From: Raillietiella orientalis
Lineage: Eukaryota
NCBI GenBank assembly: GCA_036172245.1
Contig: JAYWIR010000019.1
Coordinates: 620,001-684,000 of the forward strand
DNA: 64,000 nt
Direction: 5' to 3'
Below are positions 62,901 through 64,000 of this stretch, piece by piece; within the stretch, counting starts at the first letter, position 1, and the number at the start of each line of letters is the position of its first letter. The position numbers were made by a program, and so were the translations under genes. The notes under the pieces are model-generated. The model saw nothing but the letters and a program-made list of their open reading frames with translations. It had not been told where the DNA came from and did not search any database.

Positions 62901-64000
62901 GACGAGTATTTGGTCCGCGTCGAACCGGATGTGTCTCTGGTGCCGCTCGGGGAGGCGGCTCCACCTGGAAGCGCTCCCTGCGAATTCGTGGACGCAGTGG
63001 CTGCTGACCGCGGCGCTGTGCTTCCCGCTGCGTCGCCGGTGTCGGCCGCAGCGGTTCCCCGTGAGCCCGTGGCTCCCGAAGAGGAAGGAGAGGTGTGTGG
63101 AGTTGCGGAGCTGGCGGAGGAGGTGCCGCGTTCGCCGGCTGCTCCCGATGTCCGTGTGCGCAGAGGTGTGGCGCGGAAGACCAGGGCGCGTGTCGCCGTT
63201 TCACCCTTCGGACCGCCTGCCAGGGGCTGCCCGTGTGGTTAGCAGGCGAGAAGATGGAGGGGAAAGGAAAGCGGCGTGCTGACAAGGGACCGCAAGCTGC
63301 AGTCCGCGGAGAGTGCCTACGCGCGGGCCATGCAGGCTCACAGGAAGGTTGTTGCTCCGGACCGTGCGGCCAGAAGCGTGGTTGTTTCTTCTGCCGTGCT
63401 CGCCGCCCCGGTGGACGCGGCGCCTTCGCCGCCGAAAACGGAAGCTGAATCCGTTCCTGGAGACGTGTGGCGTGAGCCTTCGTCGTCCGAGGAACGTTGG
63501 CCCCCTCCGGCGGATGCTGCGCGGAAGGTTGCGCTGTCAGCTGAGGAGCCGGAGGCCGCTCTTTCGCTCCCGACCGCCGAAGAGAAGAGGGACGTGCTTG
63601 TCCCGTCGTCGCTGGTGTGCGACGCTGCGCGGGAACGCTCTGGTCCGGAGTCGTTTGCGCCCGCTGCCGACGAGGAAGGCGTTTCGCGGGCACCGCCTGC
63701 TGCGGACGTGCTCGGGGCGGTGGTGTCTGCTGGTGTCGTCGCGGAAGCGGAGTCCGTGGAAGAGCATGCGGATGCGAAGAAGGACGCGGCGCCATTTCCC
63801 GCGGAAGAAGCGCCTGCTGAGGAAGATTCGTTTCCGGCGGTTGGTCCCGAGGAAGCTGCGCGTCCCGGCGGGCTGTCTTCCCTGGCGGCCCTGCTGTCTC
63901 GCGGCGTGCGGGGCGCTGCGAGTCGCTTTATCCGAGGGCGCGACTTCCGCTGCTGTCGCCGCCGCTATCGCCTGCTTCGGAGAGTTTCCTCGCCTCTGCG
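16568..64000 (+). CDS. SYNE1-like: Giant spliced spectrin-superfamily gene, nesprin/Msp300/ANC-1-like (CH1 + spectrin-like rod + giant repeat exon); 3' end beyond the window
   Basis: CH1 is encoded by 62/96/87/93-nt exons. Nineteen frame-consistent GT-AG exons run from 45641 to 55268. Late rod peptides 'RWQATSARIHAVLRRLQF..F..LL....VELT' and 'LILRSCPSDAEQ' echo nesprin C-terminal repeats ('..RVTSILRRLKHF..EEF..' and 'LIEKSEPLDAA' as I recall them). Joining the CH exons to the rod exons across ~20 kb is inferred. Confidence 0.7.
16828..16889 (+). CDS. CH1 exon 1: (G)NQEEIHKAIYRDWLNQILGR
   Basis: ttcccAG acceptor and GTGAGT donor; 62 nt, phase 1 to 0. Aligns to 'EQExVQKxTFTKWxNxxL' of the nesprin/dystrophin actin-binding domain. 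Confidence 0.85.
18430..19035. repeat. (AAC/AAG)n compound trinucleotide microsatellite, intronic
   Basis: Long aacaag/aagaac/cagcag runs. Confidence 0.9.
23242..23415. repeat. Diverged ~99-bp tandem duplication, two copies
   Basis: TTTTATTGTTGC..GTTGACGGTGGTTGCTAAGCGC...GAACAATGGTTAC starts at 23242 and again at 23341. Confidence 0.85.
24471..24566 (+). CDS. CH1 exon 2: YGSSLVIQDLIEDLSDGDRLLMVLQELTQERI
   Basis: ctctttgtAG acceptor and GTAAGC donor; 96 nt, phase 0. Contains the 'DLxEDLxDGxxLL' CH motif. Confidence 0.93.
24947..25033 (+). CDS. CH1 exon 3: AGDDSKLPATKVRKLSRVHAALQFIKERQ
   Basis: cctttcAG acceptor and GTAGGT donor; 87 nt, phase 0. Contains the 'VxxALxF' CH motif. Confidence 0.92.
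25184..25276 (+). CDS. CH1 exon 4: ICLVNINPCDVVGGNAHVILGLVWKIILHFQ
   Basis: ccttccAG acceptor and GTACCT donor; 93 nt, phase 0. Matches the 'LVNIxxxDIVDGNxxxxLGLIWxIILHFQ' signature. Confidence 0.95.
26365..26600. repeat. Pyrimidine-rich (CCT/CTT)n tract
   Basis: Mostly C/T on the + strand. Confidence 0.8.
45641..46276 (+). CDS. Rod-region exon (LYGTNHQFMEIQD...THKPK)
   Basis: Polypyrimidine tract plus TAG acceptor, GTAAGT donor; 636 nt open frame in AT-rich DNA. Confidence 0.8.
46469..48643 (+). CDS. Large rod-region exon (EFSIYND...ISELW), helical and divergent
   Basis: gttttcAG acceptor and GTATGC donor; 2175 nt open frame in AT-rich DNA. Confidence 0.9.
48698..48994 (+). CDS. Rod exon (DTKDKF...SSLM)
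   Basis: ttccAG / GTATGT; 297 nt, phase 0; 54-nt upstream intron. Confidence 0.85.
49044..49355 (+). CDS. Rod exon (ESHAQT...IQIQ)
   Basis: cacAG / GTGATT; 312 nt, phase 0; 49-nt upstream intron. Confidence 0.85.
49409..49732 (+). CDS. Rod exon (LLSSKL...SVVQ)
   Basis: tttcAG / GTATGC; 324 nt, phase 0. Confidence 0.85.
49831..50145 (+). CDS. Rod exon, spectrin-repeat-like (ELGNIA...LSKWNEKL...KKLK)
   Basis: ttccAG / GTAAAT; 315 nt, phase 0. Confidence 0.85.
50189..50470 (+). CDS. Rod exon (DLYECV...HNWLVQK...DFLK)
   Basis: tttAG / GTAAGG; 282 nt, phase 0; 43-nt upstream intron. Confidence 0.85.
50946..51200 (+). CDS. Rod exon (ELTQEL...LKLK)
   Basis: ctttAG / GTTACT; 255 nt, phase 0. Confidence 0.8.
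51260..51418 (+). CDS. Rod exon (HSASTG...QTFL)
   Basis: tatAG / GTGAGT; 159 nt, phase 0. Confidence 0.75.
52221..52385 (+). CDS. Rod exon (DCYYFLESL...QQLE); absent from the ORF track
   Basis: cttttctAG / GTAAAT; 165 nt open frame, phase 0. Confidence 0.8.
52486..52752 (+). CDS. Rod exon (VCSSLL...SELWKEYQ...SSVS)
   Basis: tttacAG / GTAATG; 267 nt, phase 0. Confidence 0.82.
52909..53229 (+). CDS. Spectrin-repeat-like exon (KLIQEA...AEYQ)
   Basis: ttgtAG / GTTGTA; 321 nt, phase 0; heptad helical pattern. Confidence 0.85.
53279..53496 (+). CDS. Spectrin-repeat-like exon (VMMAELQDIQPSIKHVKLLGDELL...)
   Basis: ctatAG / GTAAGA; phase 0 to 2. 'VxxxGxEL' is a typical spectrin helix-B pattern. 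Confidence 0.88.
53546..53837 (+). CDS. Spectrin-repeat-like exon (CSSLLLKLE...LTYVWNSI...AMLH)
   Basis: ctgtAG / GTGAGT; phase 2 to 0, matching the previous donor. Confidence 0.88.
53884..54009 (+). CDS. Spectrin-repeat-like exon (DESANNLYLLLDWLEDQEALL...KICK)
   Basis: tacAG / GTTGGT; 126 nt. 'LLDWLEDQE' is a typical spectrin helix-A motif. Confidence 0.9.
54062..54451 (+). CDS. Spectrin-repeat-like exon (ELLQKC...WQDYCQLEHEL...LHFE)
   Basis: aacAG / GTAAGG; 390 nt, phase 0. Confidence 0.85.
54505..54819 (+). CDS. Nesprin-like C-terminal spectrin repeat exon (ELSRKM...KRWQATSARIHAVLRRL...QLDQ)
   Basis: tatAG / GTATTT; 315 nt, phase 0. Confidence 0.88.
54866..55054 (+). CDS. Nesprin-like repeat exon (DLPREF...LILRSCPSDAEQF...PCEP)
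   Basis: cctAG / GTAAGC; 189 nt, phase 0. Confidence 0.85.
55122..55268 (+). CDS. Probable exon (CSCSII...HLSE); acceptor uncertain
   Basis: Strong GTAAGA donor, weak AAG acceptor; phase 0. Confidence 0.55.
55322..64000 (+). CDS. Giant exon: ~920 codons of S/T/Q/K/N/E-rich low complexity, then the 591-codon tandem repeat array
   Basis: cattAG acceptor in frame with ORF 55424. Open to the gap at 58325, then open again from 58425 to ~61647. Later frame breaks coincide with copy-private indel patches. Confidence 0.75.
58090..63915 (+). repeat. Coding tandem repeat, unit 1,773 bp (591 aa), near-identical copies
   Basis: GTGTCTGCTGGTGTCGTCGCGGAAGCG recurs at 58425, 60198, 61963 and 63723 (spacings 1773, 1765, 1760). 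A diverged partial copy lies at ~58090-58325. Confidence 0.97.
58326..58424. other. Assembly gap (99 N) inside the repeat array
   Basis: N run. The two flanks come from different positions in the repeat unit. Confidence 0.99.

Noticed and set aside
58200..63795. Long antisense and alternate-frame ORFs over the repeat array
   Set aside because: Expected shadows of a very GC-rich coding frame; Arg/Pro-rich with no recognisable domain.
1..64000. CRISPR array, prokaryotic operon or defence system; HDV-like ribozymes
   Set aside because: The sequence is spliced eukaryotic DNA with no repeat-spacer array. The CCTCCTCG motifs I inspected lacked a valid P3/P1 pairing.

Overview
Eukaryotic (animal-type) genomic DNA. 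There is no prokaryotic gene organisation and no CRISPR array. The window is dominated by one very large + strand spliced gene of the spectrin superfamily, most similar to nesprin (SYNE1 / Msp300 / ANC-1 type). Four small exons at 16.8-25.3 kb encode an N-terminal calponin-homology (CH1) domain with the exon pattern I recall for nesprin/dystrophin. Nineteen exons at 45.6-55.3 kb, separated mostly by ~45-60 nt phase-0 introns, encode about 2,400 aa of divergent spectrin-repeat-like rod. A giant exon starting at 55322 runs off the window: first ~920 low-complexity codons, then an in-frame tandem array of a 1,773-bp (591-codon) Ala/Glu/Val/Pro-rich unit. The array has three full copies plus two partial ones, an assembly gap, and indel patches that look like sequencing errors. 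No CH2 domain or KASH domain is recognisable in the window. The GC-rich first ~28 kb holds a tRNA-Val(CAC) gene, a decayed non-LTR retrotransposon (APE + RT) whose RT is split by a 213-bp hairpin-rich insertion with a perfect 14-bp target-site duplication, other decayed LINE-like fragments, a ~290-bp inverted repeat pair and long purine/pyrimidine microsatellites. Most ORFs in the supplied track below 45 kb are spurious GC-rich or low-complexity frames. All protein family assignments are by eye from remembered motifs, not from database searches.
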